DNA of 44,802 nucleotides from Basidiobolus ranarum (Eukaryota): NCBI GenBank assembly GCA_040143965.1, contig JASJQH010000028.1, positions 1 to 44,802 of the forward strand, read 5' to 3'. Shown piece by piece: positions 23,768 to 34,595 of this stretch (position 1 is its first letter; each line of letters starts with the position of its first letter). The notes under the pieces were generated by a model. It saw only the letters and a program-made list of their open reading frames with translations, ran no database searches and was not told where the DNA came from. The position numbers and the translations under genes were made by a program.

Positions 23768-24318
23768 CCCTTGCCCTAATCTATATCCATCCCCATCCTC
23801 ATCCCCATTCCCATTTCCCTAATCATTCTCCTTATATGACATGTCTGTTACGTCATTACTAGTAAAGTTGTGCGAAAGTTGAAGGATATGTGTTTACAGT
23901 GGCTAAAAATAGGTAAGTATCTAGACACCCTTAAAGCTATGACCATTTGTGACCAAGTACCGGTTACAAAAAGTGCGAAAACTATGATGGAATGGAGTAA
24001 TAGGTGAGTTTAGTTTGTGATACAAAAATATTTCTACCGTTGTTTGACCGCTACTCGACTGTTACTGAATAAAACGTGCTCGGGATCTCTGAATTAATCC
24101 ACATTAAAGTTAGCCTAGCAGTAAACTTATCAACCCACTTAAATCTAGATTCCTATCTTTCCACATTTGATCATTTTGCCCTTAACGCCGAAATACTCAT
24201 TTAGTGTGGTAAACTAAACTGGCAAGAATCCTGCTTCTAGTTTCCAGAGGTTTCAGTCTGTGAAGGTACTGTTTGTGACATATGTTCCAGAATTTGGGTG
24301 ATATCTAGCAAACAACAT

Positions 24319-24347
24319 ATCTGATAATGTCGAGACAGATCTGATAA
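24319..24347 (+). promoter_or_regulatory. Tandem ATCTGATAA GATA boxes (SreA/Fep1-type iron-responsive consensus ATCWGATAA) upstream of the ZIP gene
   Basis: Exact ATCTGATAA at 24319-24327 and 24339-24347; near match ATCAGATAG at 24471-24479 directly after the TATATAAA box at ~24463-24470. Confidence 0.6.
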
Positions 24348-24516
24348 CTCGTCTGTAGCGAGTATCAGACAACTCTTATTCCCAATTGGACTTTGCTGCT
24401 GTGATTTCCATATTGAACATAACGATATGAATCAAGAGTCCAGAATACAGACACTCTTGATGTATATAAAATCAGATAGAGGAATGCCATAGCACATTAT
24501 ATTTTCCACTTGTACA

Positions 24517-25716
24517 ATGCTGATTCCCTTAACATATTCATTCTTCGGCTTGATTTTGGCCCCGCTTATCTTAGCGCAACAGGGTAAATTTCTAATGAGA
24601 AAATGTTCATATACTCATACCTAATAATGCTCACTTCATTTTAGATGGCAGCTATATCTATGGCGGACAGACCAAGGAATATTATTGCTCACATACCAAC
24701 ATAGGTGAATACAACCTGAAGCAGCACATCATAGGGGCGGTGGTGGTGTTGATAACCAGTGTTGTGGGTGTGTTCTTGCCATTTCTTATGATCAAACTAT
24801 TCAAAATTAGCGTTGACTCGTTTGCAGTAAACCTCGGAAGACACTTTGGCACTGGAGTTGTGATATCCACTGGGTAAGCGAATATTCATGACAACTCCTC
24901 CAACCTTTCGATTAATGTCTTGTCCCCAGATTCGTTCACATGATGCCCGAAGCGATCGCAAGTTTAACTCATGTATGCCAGTCTGAATTCTTTCATCAAT
25001 ACCCACCATTAGCGGGTGCTATTGCTATGGCTGCTGCTCTGTTAAATCAACTACTTGAATACCTAGTTAGTGAAATAACCGACGATTCCTCATCTGTTAA
25101 TGAAGAGAAGGCGGTTGAATATACTCATACCCGCCATGGCCCTAATCCTCAAACACAGACCCATACACACACGCACATACATTCTCACTCTCACGGCCAA
25201 CCAGCCGCAGAAATCGATAGTGTTAGCTCAAGACGCAGAAAACTATCTACTTATATGCTTGAATTCGGAATCTGGTTGCATTCGGTTCCAGTTGGGATCA
25301 CCTTGGGAGTAACTACTGGGGATCAGTTTAATACTCTTCTAGCAGCCTTAATATTCCATCAAATGTTTGAAGGAATTGGCTTAGGTGCGCGTATTTGTGA
25401 GCTAGATGCACATAATTTCTTGATTCCTCTTCTAAACGGAATTGCTTACGCTTTTATGGCACCCTTTGGAGCGCTCCTAGGGATTCTAATCAGAAACTCT
25501 TACAAAGCGAATGACCCCAATACATTAGTTATTGAGGGAGTCTTTGATGCAATATCTGGTGGGATCTTAATCTACATGGCATTGGTGAACTTGATCGCTA
25601 TGGATTTTATGTTTAGTCCACAGTTTAAAGCAGAGAAGAAATCTCGTAAGACCATCTACTTCATCGCCATGTACGCAGGCGCAATTTCCATGTCCATCAT
25701 TGGAATCTGGACATAA
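24517..25716 (+). CDS. ZIP-family (Zrt/Irt-like) divalent metal transporter, ~360 aa, 3 exons
   Basis: Exons 24517-24583, 24645-24873, 24930-25716. RHFGTGVVISTGFVHMMPEA, His-rich loop HTHTHIHSHSHG, LEFGIWLHSV..GITLG, FHQMFEGIGLG, DAISGGILIYMALV.L; hydrophobic N-terminal signal-like segment. Confidence 0.95.
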
Positions 25717-26221
25717 ATCTTAACTATTCGAGGTGCATAAGCAGTCATATCCCATCCAACTTGAATAATCTGTATAGACCTTATTACTATTAAACTTAAA
25801 CATTCACTAACCAACTTCTAAATTGCCTTGAAACATTGACTCAAATAAACATTAACTTTGTACTAATAAATAACTTTCTGAGTTATAGCATATATACATG
25901 TTCAGTTATTCTAAGAAAACCGATTGTTATTTGTTTTGAAGTGTCCACTGATTCAATGCGCAGATAACTATTTAAACTAATTCAATACAAGGTCCACTTT
26001 ATCCAGTATAAACAATTTGAAACCAATGGGGTTTGGTTAGAGCAACTGGGACTAATCAGTCAACCAATGTTCATACTTATTTGCATGCTGGAATAAAAGA
26101 GGGCCAGTATTTAACAAACCTGTTTGCCCTTTGGTCTGCCTCTTTCAAATCATTTTGGATTCGCTTGATTCTGTAAAACTCGTCCAAAGCAGTCACGTTG
26201 AATGCACACTGGATAATCAAC

Positions 26222-27379
26222 ATGAACTCATATTCTGAGGCCATTCAACATGACATATCCCCCACCAGTACCGAGACTGAAGCTCACACTGATGATAGTC
26301 TAGATTCACCTTCGAGCGTTGAAGCTGAACTAGAATCACCACCCGGGTCCTCAATTCCTTTGAGGAAGTGTAAGTGCAGATAGATGAAATTTATTTCCGT
26401 GTATCGTAGAATAATAATATCTTTTCATCAACCCACAGGTAGCGGTGATGCTTTGCTTGATTCTCTTCTAGAGCAACTTGATGAAGAAAGGCAAGATAAT
26501 TTACTTGAGCTTTATGATCAGCTCAAGGTAATTTACCGTTTCAATTACCTTTTAAACTCCCATGAAACCAATACTCTTTACCTATTCCATTGAAGCAAAA
26601 CCAAATCGATCCACAGTATTTTCTTTCTGAAGCACGAAAGTTATGTCCAAAGAAATCCAATACCAAGCCTATCAAGCCCGTAGTTGGGGATGTGATAATC
26701 TTGACCAAACCTCTGGGAACACAGGTGGTCATGATGGCTCGAGAATATCTATTCGATGAGTGGGAAAGAAGGAAGTCCAATATCAATCTTAGTCAAAAAG
26801 AAAGTAAGGTCCTATGGAATATATCGATTCAAATCCCATTCAGAACTAACCATATTCTAGTGGTTCAACTTTTTAGTACTGTCACTCTATCTATGGTTCG
26901 TACCGATCACGTTGCCTCAAAACTTCTACACAAGTATGGAACTCATGGTGTCACCACAGTATCCCATCTTGGAATTCTTGGTCACACCAAACACATGCTT
27001 ACAAAACTCAATGCTAATGTATCCGCAGAGTTTCACACACTTCCCATGTTTAAGGGAGTGTATGCTATTGAGAGCGAGCTAAATTTTGGTCTTTTGAAAG
27101 GATACTTGGGTGAAACTTCCGGTATAGAATAATATTCAATATATGAACCAAAATTTAAACACCATGTTGAGATATTCATCGGCTTGTTTAGGTGGATGGA
27201 TGGTAGTGATTCCCAAGTATAAAGCTGACGATTATATCCGTGATATAGAAGAGGCTGAAGGCTGGCCAGCTTTCGTTATAGGAAGGATAGTTGAAGGAGA
27301 TAATGATGCTTATTTAGCGAATGAGTTAGAGATTGTAGAAGTAGAGCATGTTATAACAGAGGCCAGTGAGGTTCCATAA
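26222..27379 (+). CDS. Degenerate selenophosphate synthetase (SelD/SPS) C-terminal domain fused to an acidic N-terminus and an RST-like helical domain, ~297 aa, 5 exons
   Basis: Exons 26222-26369, 26439-26527, 26596-26803, 26861-27121, 27192-27379 total 894 nt, in frame. SPS C-domain motifs GDVIILTKPLGTQV, LLHKYGTHGVT, GILGH, HTLP, FGLLKG..GETSGG.MVVIP, EG.PAFVIG.IVEG...A....EIVEV. The N-terminal catalytic domain is absent. Confidence 0.85.
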
Positions 27380-27640
27380 ATTTCCAAACATCCATTTAAG
27401 TTTCATTATCATAAATCATTTCATCACACTACCAAATTATTGCAACTTGGCTTCACTTTATCAGTACGAAATTTTCTCAGGATCACTTGATTCGAACTCG
27501 CTCAACATGTAATATTTATGCGCCTCATATTTCGTCATGTTGTTGGTCACTAAAGAAATGAAAATTACGTATATTCTTGGTTCAATTCCCTTTTAATACT
27601 GTTTAAACTTGAAAAACTACAAAGAGATAATCCCTACGCT

Positions 27641-27970
27641 ATGTCTAATGACTCTAGTTTTGAACCTTTGAACCGTGAACAGCGTAAAGTATGTTGGTTC
27701 GCACGCGATGAATTTTACCGCCATTTAGATAGTAGACAGGTGATTGATCCGGAAGAAGAGAGTTTAAACCAAGATAAAGAAGCAACCAAGTTGAAAGAAA
27801 CTTTTGAAGAAAAATGCCCGTCAAGTTGGGTAAATAGTATAGTTCCTCTCGGTCATGTAAATAGTTTACTTCACTAACTTTGATTTACTTAGGTGAGGTA
27901 CTTCAACGATTTACGTATACGCCAAGCACATATGGGAGTTGTTCATAAAACGGGAAACCGTTTGATGTAA
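27641..27970 (+). CDS. COA6: Cytochrome c oxidase assembly factor 6 (COA6/COX6B family), 88 aa, 2 exons
   Basis: Exons 27641-27829 and 27893-27970. R.QRKVCWFARDEFY.HLD...F...CPSSWVRYFN..R matches the COA6 pattern; only 2 Cys (C18, C59). Confidence 0.85.
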
Positions 27971-28140
27971 GAATAAAGAGAATTGACTAGAGTTGACAAT
28001 TATTGGATATATTTATTATTAAACCACAAGGAATATTTATAAAGGGGATTTAAATTTACATTACACTACTTGTAAAATATAGAATGGATAGAATAACCTA
28101 GGTACACGTATCTTACATAAGTTGGTTCACTTGAGTATCA

Positions 28141-29823
28141 TCATTTGCTCTCTTTCAGTTCGTCTTCTACGATGGATTCCAATGACTTGTCTTTGGTTTC
28201 TGGGATTAAGAAGGTAGCCAATAACCCTATGAACATGAACATCGAGAAGATCAACATCAAGTAAGGAATGAATTTCCCTTTTCCACCTATATCTTGCAGC
28301 GGTCCAAAGGTAGTGGTTGCCAATATAGCACCGAGTTTACCGCATGCAGCTGAAATACCATGTCCTGTTGATCTGAAGCGCGTTGGAAAGACCTCACTCG
28401 GTATAACGAAAGTGGTGGTATTAGGACCAAAGTTGAAGAACAACTGACCAACTATGTACAATCCAATGAATAATCTATGTGAATTGGCTATCAGAGTTTC
28501 ATACCATAGCCCTAAAATCAATAGAATGATAGTCAACATGAAGAATCCAAGGATCTGTATGGGTTTACGCCCGATCTTATCAATAAAGAAGACCGATATC
28601 CAGTATCCAGGCACGGTTCCTATTAAACTAATAAGAGCATTCCCTGCAGCTAAACTATAAAGTAAATTGTATGGTGTAGATTTATCAGAGTAACCGATAG
28701 CTGTTAATACCACCGACGTGTTTAACCCAAGTCCATAGAAAGCTACATCCAACGAAAACCATGCCAAAGAGCATCCCAAGAGAACCTTGAAATTTTTCCA
28801 TTGACCAAAGTACTCACGAAACTCAATCCACATACTTCTACGCGTAGGAGCTCTATGTGCCAAAGTCTCGGAACTAGCTGAGCTGTCGATGTACTGAATG
28901 GCCTGCCCAGTGAACTTGGAAGTATCAGCTACCGCACGCCCAACGTCCCCCTCAACATCCATAGTGAATCTAGGTGTTTCCGGTATGGTCATACGATAGT
29001 ACACAGTAAACAACGCAGGAATCGCTCCGAATCCGACAATCAGGCGCCATACATAGTCTACCGTGTATGGATCTTCTTGGATATTCTTCTGGAAATAAAC
29101 CAAAACTCCTAAGGAGACCAATGCAGCGCAAAGAATTCCCAAACCTTGCATTGCGAATACGGCGGCGACCATCTTTCCACGATGTTTTGCGTGGGCAAAT
29201 TCACTTGTGATTACTGCAGAAACTGGGTAGTCACCCCCTAAGAATTATGAATATAGTTAAGATCCAAACAACAATATCTCACAAATAAGTAAAGGTGAAA
29301 TAAGATCCTACCGATCCCAAAACCTAGAATCAAGCGCCAGAAACATAGCATACTGACCATGTTTAGACCAGGAAATGCATTAAATGAAAGTGCACATCCA
29401 AGAGCACCGATCACCATGATTATCAGTTCGACCCCATAAATCTTCAAGTAGAATGTTAATAATTTGATGCTCTGGTCTAGGATACATACTGTTCCATACC
29501 TTCTTTCTGCCCAATCGGTCAGCCAGCACTCCAAACAAGAGTTGACCCACCAATGTTCCCACGGCGGCGGTACCTTTAATAAGTGCGTCCACGGAAGAAG
29601 GAACTCTTCCATCTTCGAAGCTATCATAGTAAGACATACCAATCATCGGAACAGCCAAATTAACGATAAACAGATCGTAGGCATCCGTAAAGAATCCAAT
29701 TCCGGAGACCAAGACTGCTTTCAGATGGTACCAAGATAATTTTGTTTCGTCCAACACATCAAGCACTTGTTGTCTAGCCTCTGAGCTCTCATTTTTCAAT
29801 AAAGGAGAAGTTTCACGAGCCAT
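28141..29823 (-). CDS. PHO84: MFS phosphate:H+ symporter (PHO84/PHT1 family), ~516 aa, 3 exons
   Basis: Exons 29823-29500, 29441-29312, 29237-28141. GIGFFTDAYDLF, ADRLGRKKIYG, GIGGDYPVSAVITSEF, AVFAMQGLG, PETPRFT, WFSLDVAFYG, NFGPNTTTFVIPSEVFPTRFRSTGHGISAACGKLGA. Confidence 0.96.
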
Positions 29824-30564
29824 TTTTGTCTATTAATTTACCAGAGTCTATTTTAATTTTCGTCACTGATACGCACGTCTACATGGAAAGGATGAGTTTA
29901 GAAAAGACCAAGGAGGACACCGAAAACTGTGCGAATTTTACCTTTTACCCGGAGGAGAAGTGGATTATAAGCTAATCTTCCTGGTTGAGTAATAAGCAAA
30001 GATTCATTCTTGGTATTTATACTAACTTGGGATCATGCAATAATGCCTCCTTACTTCGAGTAAATATCTTAATTATTGAGAGTCCGAACGTGTCCGTTAT
30101 CCTTTAGATGATAGGCTGAGTGAACATAGACTTACTTGATTAATTTTCCAATATTTGCAGCTATTACAGAGGAGAAAAGGGGATGTGGGACTCTCTAAAC
30201 AACTCGATTCTCCACTCTGATCATGTTTTCGTTACTATTGGTTCCGCTGAGAAGTACGGAAATTTATCTATTGCAAAGATGGCAAAGAGGTGCTACGCAC
30301 AAGCGAAACAATCATCTTTCAGGATACAGCCCAATATCTTGCTTATGATCCGACAACTTATTCCAACTACTGAGAGCACCGTCACAAATCAATCCATTCT
30401 ATTGGATACCAGATACAGGAATCAGACCAGATATAATTCTACTATTATCTCACGATAATTCGTTTGACTTTTTTATTTACATGCGAGAAATAAGTGTCTT
30501 TTATGAAACATCTTGATTATCAAAATAAATAGAATATGTTCTTTTTCCTTCAATACGAAATACT

Positions 30565-32833
30565 TCATTGTATAAAGCCAAAGGCGTTGGAGTTGGTATT
30601 TATCGCTTGTTCAGCCCTAAAGGTGTCAGTGGTGTGAGGAATGTGGGGCTCAAATGTCATTTTGGGTACTAATTTAAACCACTTAACAGCACCCTGGCCT
30701 TCAGGAAGTGTTCTTTGAGGCACTGTATTATGAGTTACACCAAGGTCACCACTATTATCCACCATATTCGTTTTCTGAATCTCACTACCCATATTATAAT
30801 TAATATTGACGTGTTGTGGGTTGAAAGTAGAGAAGGAGAATGGTGATGGCAAGAAGGCATTTCCAAAAGGAGCAAAATTCTGTGACTCTGAGAATAACTC
30901 ATTACAGGTGGTAGTATTCTCCATTAAAGCTGGCTCCATTTTATTGACAGAGTCAACTTTAAATGAAGGAGAAGTTACTCCTGGTCTTTCGTGTAATAGT
31001 TGAAGAATATGACAGTATTTTTCGGATACGGGCATAGTTTTAGATAAACTTTGAAGGGTCCAGTAGAGTAAAGCAACGTCAGTCTCAGCGATAACTTGAT
31101 CCCACGGTATAGAAATAATAGACGAGAGATATACTGTACTTGCAGTAAAGATACAGAAAGGCAAGAAACCATTGAAGTATCCGAAATCGATTGGAGTTAC
31201 ATCGCCTATGATATGAGAAATGGCATTGGCCGCTGTATAGCAACGTTTCAGGGAAGACAACACCCGAAAACTTGGAGCTGGAGTGACTTGGTTTGTATTC
31301 GAATTATGAAGATTGATTCTATGTAGGATAATGGTGCACGTATGATACATGATGTTAAGTTCCCTAACATCCAAGTAAGCCTTATATCTCTCTTCATTAC
31401 AGGCTTTCGGGGACGTGTATTGATACTGAGGGGGAAGTGAGATAGCCCATGTTTGAAGCTCGGCATCCAATGCAACAAATTGAGGACATGGCTTATGGTT
31501 GGACCTGGCCCATTTTTTCACTTTGAGTCGGTTTACGTATCGAGTGATTTTCCCCCAAATAGTAAATAGCTCCACACACACTGCCGATATACTACATGAA
31601 ATATTAGTATACGGTGGAGTAGGATGGAAAGAGACGTCCATTTTATCTTCATCCATTTCCTCTATAGGTAGCATATAACTTGGTGTTTGTATACCATTCT
31701 CCCAAGCAGTGGCAGCTGCGGGTAGTAGCACATGACAATCCCTCTCATCTATCATTAGAGGTCTTCTGGTAACACTGGCGCCATATCTGTCCAGTACGTA
31801 ACACATCCACCAGATTCTTCTTTTCGTCTCTCGGTCGATCCATTGCTCTGGAGAAAGCATTTCATTTGTGTAGTTTTCATCGACTCGATTGATACCAAGT
31901 GCCTGAGCAATTCTACACAAGCACATGACGATACCATATTAATTCATTTGTTTAGCACAAAAACTAGAGTCGACTCTTACCTGATGGCAAGGGCTAAGAT
32001 GGGCAGCAGTAGATATTCGAAATAAATAGCAACCTTTAGTCAACAATCTAGTCAACGATCTAGTCCAAAATACTAGCCAACTAACCTGGGAAAATCCACG
32101 AAGTAGGGCTATGTCCGAACTGAAAGCAAGTCATGATGATCAAAGCTTGTATGGTGGATACATCCAACTGACTGGCCGCCGATAAAAGTTCTTTCGCTTT
32201 TCTAGCGTACAGATTCCCGTTGGTAAATTTCGATGAATGGGTTGGAGTGATTTCATCGCAATATGTACATAAAGTAACCGCATACATGGCATAGAGCAAA
32301 GGTTTAGCCACTCTGTTCTTCTCAAAGTCTTTCATGAATGTAGGTCGATGGATTATTTCTATAGTATTATTTACTTTCTTAAAATAAGTGTCTACTAATA
32401 TTTTGGACTCTTCGAGCGATAAATCTGATGAGGAGTCTGCAGGAAACCAAGAGGGAGAATCCATAACATCTGGCCCATAACCGAAACACAACTCTTGCAT
32501 GCTTTTGGCTCGAAGCATTGACAAATCATCGGCTGCAATTTGATCATTTGAAGTCCCGATATGGCTGAGAACATCCAAAGTATCCTGATGGTTATTTTTC
32601 CTGGTGGTCTTCAAGAGGGCCTCCATTAATTCAATCTTCTTCTCCAACTCTACTATGTATTCTTTTTGAGGATTCCGTTTCTTGGCCAACGGTAAATATT
32701 CGCATTCGTTTCCTAGTCGCAAACAATTGGAACAAGTTGGCTTTTTGCTATCACATTTGACCTTCTTTCTACGACATATTGTACAAGCTTGGCCGAATTT
32801 CCTGCGTTTACTTGGGTCTTTAGGGTTGTTCAT
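30565..32833 (-). CDS. Zn(II)2Cys6 transcription factor with fungal-specific TF middle homology domain, ~702 aa
   Basis: ATG 32833; ACTICRRKKVKCDSKKPTCSNCLRLGNECEY; IIHRPTF, TIQALI, AQALGIN, ETKRRIWWMCYVLDR. Exons 32833-32086, 31993-31981 (13 nt), 31912-30565. Confidence 0.93.
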
Positions 32834-33283
32834 TTTTATTGAGAGTAAGTCTTGGAGAATATGCAAAGTATCAACTGGCCTTTTCACTCAATATAACCTG
32901 TTATCAGTATGTTACACGAATCTGTCGAAAATTATAAGGAAGCAAATCAAGTTCAAATTATCCAGATATAGAATATATATGTATGTAAATAGGCCAAATT
33001 AATCCTCCAACCACAACGAATTCTATACATCTCTCTATTGTCCTTAATATGTTTTGACTCTTGCTACAACCTCTATGCCAAGCAAATTGCTAAATTCGAA
33101 AAAGTGCAACGCACTCCATCACCGCAGAATCTTCTCACCTTATCTAGCAGATGATTGTACCCTGTGAGCCTGTGGCTGTGGTTGAATGTGGCTGTATCGT
33201 TATATATAGCAACCCAGATTCAATATGGTTTGGATTAAAACTAGATACAGCACTGTTTTCAAACTAGATTCATCAGAACATGC

Positions 33284-33387
33284 AAGTGAGAAAAGCAAAG
33301 CTCTGCTACTATAACGTATATTTATTGTGGTAACTAAGTGAGAAAAGCAAAGCTCTGCTACTATAAAGTATGTTTATTGTGGTAACT
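33284..33387. repeat. 52-bp tandem duplication (2 mismatches) in the PLPBP 3' UTR
   Basis: 33284-33335 and 33336-33387: AAGTGAGAAAAGCAAAGCTCTGCTACTATAA(C/A)GTAT(A/G)TTTATTGTGGTAACT. Confidence 0.95.
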
Positions 33388-34595
33388 CAATCAGTCTTTT
33401 TAGGACGGGCACCGAAAATACTACTTCCAACGCGTACGTTATTTGAACCTTGTTTCAAGGCCAATTCGTAATCACCGGACATACCCATACTCAGCTCCAA
33501 CCCATCGACACCAAGTTCTTTTTGCAAATTATCTCGGCATTCAGACAATAACTACAAATCTGATAAGTTGATATTCTTGGAAACCAAGTAGAGATCTTTC
33601 TTACCTTGAAATCTGGATTCTCCGTTGCGTCATCTGGCATATCAGGGGCACCGATAGTCATCAGTCCATTGAGTTGAAGTTTCGAACATGACTTGGTAAT
33701 ATACTCAGCTAATGGGAGGATTTCTTTTGGTTCCACTCCGCTCTTAGCTAATATAGCCCAATTAATTAGTGATCCACTGGCAATTAGTTCAATTTCACTC
33801 ACTTTCTTCTCCACTGGTATTCACTTGCACATATACTCGAATCGCTTCAACTCTTTCCACATCTTCACAAGCTTTGTTGAGGAGTCGAGCTTTTTTCTCA
33901 CTGTCAATGGTTTCCACGGCCCATAAATTAGGTATGGCTAAGTGTAAGGTTAATATATAAGTAGAAATAAACCTATTCTATAAGGAAAAATACCGGCAAG
34001 TAGTTTGGCTTTGTTGCTCTGGAAAGTTCCAATAAAATGCCAGGCAATATCTTTGGGTAACTAAGAGGAAGGGAATTTCTAAGTAAATTAAATCCTACGT
34101 CATGTTTCTCCATTTTACTTTACCTCTTCACTTTTTTCTACTAATTCTTGAACCTAAATAAAGAAAAAGTCAGAATAGTGAGTAACTAAAGGGCATTCAT
34201 TTTAAAATTCCATGAACAAATGCTTACATAGTTCTCACCAAAATGGCGTTGACCAGCATTGTAGGCAGCTAAAACATCACTGGCAGGCTTTATTTTGCTT
34301 ACGGCGACTAGACGAGCCTATACTCAATAATGGGGACCTTCAGCTTGTCTGTATGAAGAGAAAGAAATCAATTTGACATATTTACATTCTGCTTCTCAGG
34401 TGTTGCACTCTTTACACGCTCGACGACTTGTTTGAGGTTGTAAGTAACCTCTTCCGCTCTCTCTTGTTGCTGTTGCTCAGTTAATGGATTCATATTCGCC
34501 GCTCTATAAGCTAAACTTCTATAAAATAGTTGGGGAGTTTCTTTATGAAGTGGATACCTCCTAAGTAGACTTTGAAAGCGAGTAAGGTTTACCAT
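33387..34595 (-). CDS. PLPBP: Pyridoxal phosphate homeostasis protein (YggS/PROSC/PLPBP), multi-exon
   Basis: [10 protein letters not shown] (PLP Lys), [63 protein letters not shown]...[13 protein letters not shown]; stop TGA at 33389-33387. In-frame ATGs at 34595 and 34493. Confidence 0.95.

Noticed and set aside
23928-23939. Zap1-type zinc-responsive element upstream of the ZIP gene (CCCTTAAAGCT)
   Set aside because: Two mismatches to ACCTTNAAGGT, single copy, ~580 nt upstream; consistent with chance.
26100-27640. Selenoprotein reading (in-frame UGA plus SECIS) for the SPS-like gene
   Set aside because: The gene model has no in-frame TGA, no upstream exon with the Gly-Sec/Cys-x-x-Lys loop is visible, and I see no convincing AUGA...AA...GA SECIS stem in the short 3' region.
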